64,000 nucleotides of DNA, taken from positions 236,902,001 to 236,966,000 of the forward strand of contig OZ024741.1 in NCBI GenBank assembly GCA_964016885.1. The letters run 5' to 3'. Shown here piece by piece: positions 62,226 through 64,000 of this stretch (its first letter is position 1; each line of letters starts with the position of its first letter). A program made the translations under genes and the position numbers. The notes beneath the pieces were generated by a model. It was not told the origin of the DNA, made no database searches, and was given only the letters and a program-made list of their open reading frames with translations. Origin of the DNA: Eledone cirrhosa (Eukaryota).

Positions 62226-63650
62226 TTGACAAGCACTTCCCTAAACTTCACAAATACCATAAAATCTTTAATAGAAATACTATCAAACTATCTTACTCTA
62301 CTGCAACCAACATAGAATCACACATACAGAAAATTAACTATAAAAGAATCTCTAATACAAATAGCCTTCAAACAAGCACCATAATACCAAATACAAAACA
62401 CATACACATAATGACATCACAACCATACACACATCAGAATACATCACAACAATACATCAACAAACCCAAATCTCAGCCCATACATAACAACATACAAAAC
62501 CGCATCGCTGAACCGGCACATAGGAAGGCCTCAAAATGTAACTGTTACTTACCCGATAAGTGCCCACTACAAAATAAATGCCTTGAATCTAATATAGTGT
62601 ACCTATGTATTATAAATTCAGGCAACTTAGCATGGCACTACATAAGTTCTACGGCGGCGGAGTTCAAAAAACGTTGGTACATCCACAGACATTCTATAAA
62701 GAACCGTATACTAATGAATACAACAATACTCGCCAATAAAATCTGGCAGCTTAAAGATACAAACCAAGAATACAGGATTAACTCGTCTAAATTGTCAGGG
62801 GCAATGGCCTACAAAATTGGTATGTCCCACTGTAGACTTTGTAATATGGAATTATTCCATATTTCAAAATATGACAAAATGCTGCTTAACAGCAAAATTG
62901 AACTGTCAATTTTCTGTAGACATAAGGCAGCAAATAAATTTGATAATTTCAAACCAACTTGATTCGACGCAACAATTCCATAATTCAAATTATACCACCT
63001 GAGTCTATTATCATCATTGTTGTTATTATCGTTATTAACTGTCAATGAATCAACATCATAACTTACTATATTTTCTCTTTCAACTTCTTTCCCTAAATTT
63101 ATTTCATCTCTTACATTATAACCTATCATATTATCTTCACTTCTAATATAACTTCCAATTTATTAATTTAAATAATACATATATGAATATATTTAATACT
63201 TTCATGTTTATACCATCATATCTTTATATTTTAACCACCAACACCACAACTATTTTCAACAATCATATTATGTTCATTTTTTTCACACACACATAAAAAA
63301 TTTTTATTTATTTTTTATCATCTTCGCTATAACTTATTTATTATTATTCATTTATTATCACTACTTTTATTTTTTCACTCTACTTTTCTTTTTCTTTATT
63401 CTTTTTTTATTTTTTCTTTCTTTCTCTTTTTTCTCTCTATCTTTTTCACTCTCTATTAATGATGTAATTTGAATTTATAAACGCTGTGTATAATTTTTTT
63501 CAGTTATCTGATGATTTGGTTAAGCATATATCGTATTTAAAATTGAGTGACACAACTTCAAGTGATTAGCAATTTTAAGACAACTTAACCAATGAAACAA
63601 TTGTTAATACTGTAAATAAAACCCTTTTGGTACTGTTGACCATGTTATTT
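62226..63650 (+). mobile_element. Penelope-like element, 3' part (GIY-YIG endonuclease, AT-rich UTR/pLTR)
   Basis: KIFNRNTIKLSYS...CNCYLPDKCPLQNKCLESNIVY...YISSTAAEFKKRWYIH...CRLCNME...CRH. Confidence 0.85.
63501..63612 (+). ncRNA. Candidate type I hammerhead ribozyme in the Penelope terminal region
   Basis: CTGATGA, 9-bp stem ttggttaag/cttaaccaa, GAAA, palindromic caattg, and an imperfect stem I cagttat/aatactg. Confidence 0.5.
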
Positions 63651-63674
63651 TTCACTCTTTCACTATATATACAT

Positions 63675-64000
63675 GGAGGCACATGGCTTAGTGGTTAGAG
63701 CATTGGCCTTGCAATCAAAAGGTTGTGAGTTCAATTCTCAGACCGGGTGATGTGTTGTTTCCTTGAGCAAGACACTTTATTTCACATTGCTCCCATTTAC
63801 TCAGCTGTAGAAATGAGATGATAGGGACTGGGATCCTTATCATTCCACTGCAAAGTGGTCGTGGAGGTGCCACGGCAAAAAAGCACCCAGCACTCACCGT
63901 AAATGAGGTTGGTGTTAGGAAGGGCATCCAGCTGTAGAAATCAAGCCAGAATCAGTTCCCGTCCCACCCTTGCAAGCAGGGAAAAAGCGGACATAAAATG
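63675..64000 (+). mobile_element. tRNA-derived SINE with an RTE-derived 3' tail (runs off the window)
   Basis: A box tggcttagtggttagagc, B box gagttcaattc, central ccttgagcaagacactt, tail almost identical to the RTE 3' end at 19904-19943. Confidence 0.85.

Noticed and set aside
63675-63755. tRNA gene
   Set aside because: A/B boxes present, but it continues into a SINE body and RTE tail and has no proper acceptor stem

Overview
AT-rich, repeat-dense animal genomic DNA. The microsatellite load, the repeat repertoire and the single-exon TGEKPF-type zinc-finger genes suggest an octopus/coleoid cephalopod; this is inference only, as no database was consulted. Two host genes lie tail-to-tail about 23.5 kb apart. 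ZNF-A (+, 10294-11808) has 12 C2H2 fingers plus 2 Cys-less relic fingers. ZNF-B (-, 35354-39121) has about 27 fingers in a strict ABC/ABCC higher-order repeat, including unusual NxFF fingers. Around them is a wide range of decayed transposons: RTE LINEs carrying a PHD-like insert, bipartite RTE derivatives, CR1, Tx1/L1, Hero, R4/Dong and CRE restriction-like-endonuclease LINEs, Penelope with a hammerhead-like motif, nested Helitrons, hAT, Tc1/pogo MITEs and tRNA-SINEs. A 6.4-kb 38-bp TGG/TGA-rich satellite lies upstream of ZNF-B, possibly in its intron. The most interesting leads are four. (1) Both ZNF arrays have periodic recognition-helix codes, and ZNF-A may read the neighbouring TGG/TGA satellite. 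(2) There are microsatellite-targeted retroposon hotspots: a 14-copy SINE chain in (ATT)n, and RTE and R4 insertions in (TACA)n. (3) Several retroelements contain ribozyme candidates. (4) A Helitron is nested in the satellite of another Helitron. Coordinates of degraded elements are approximate and were read by eye.
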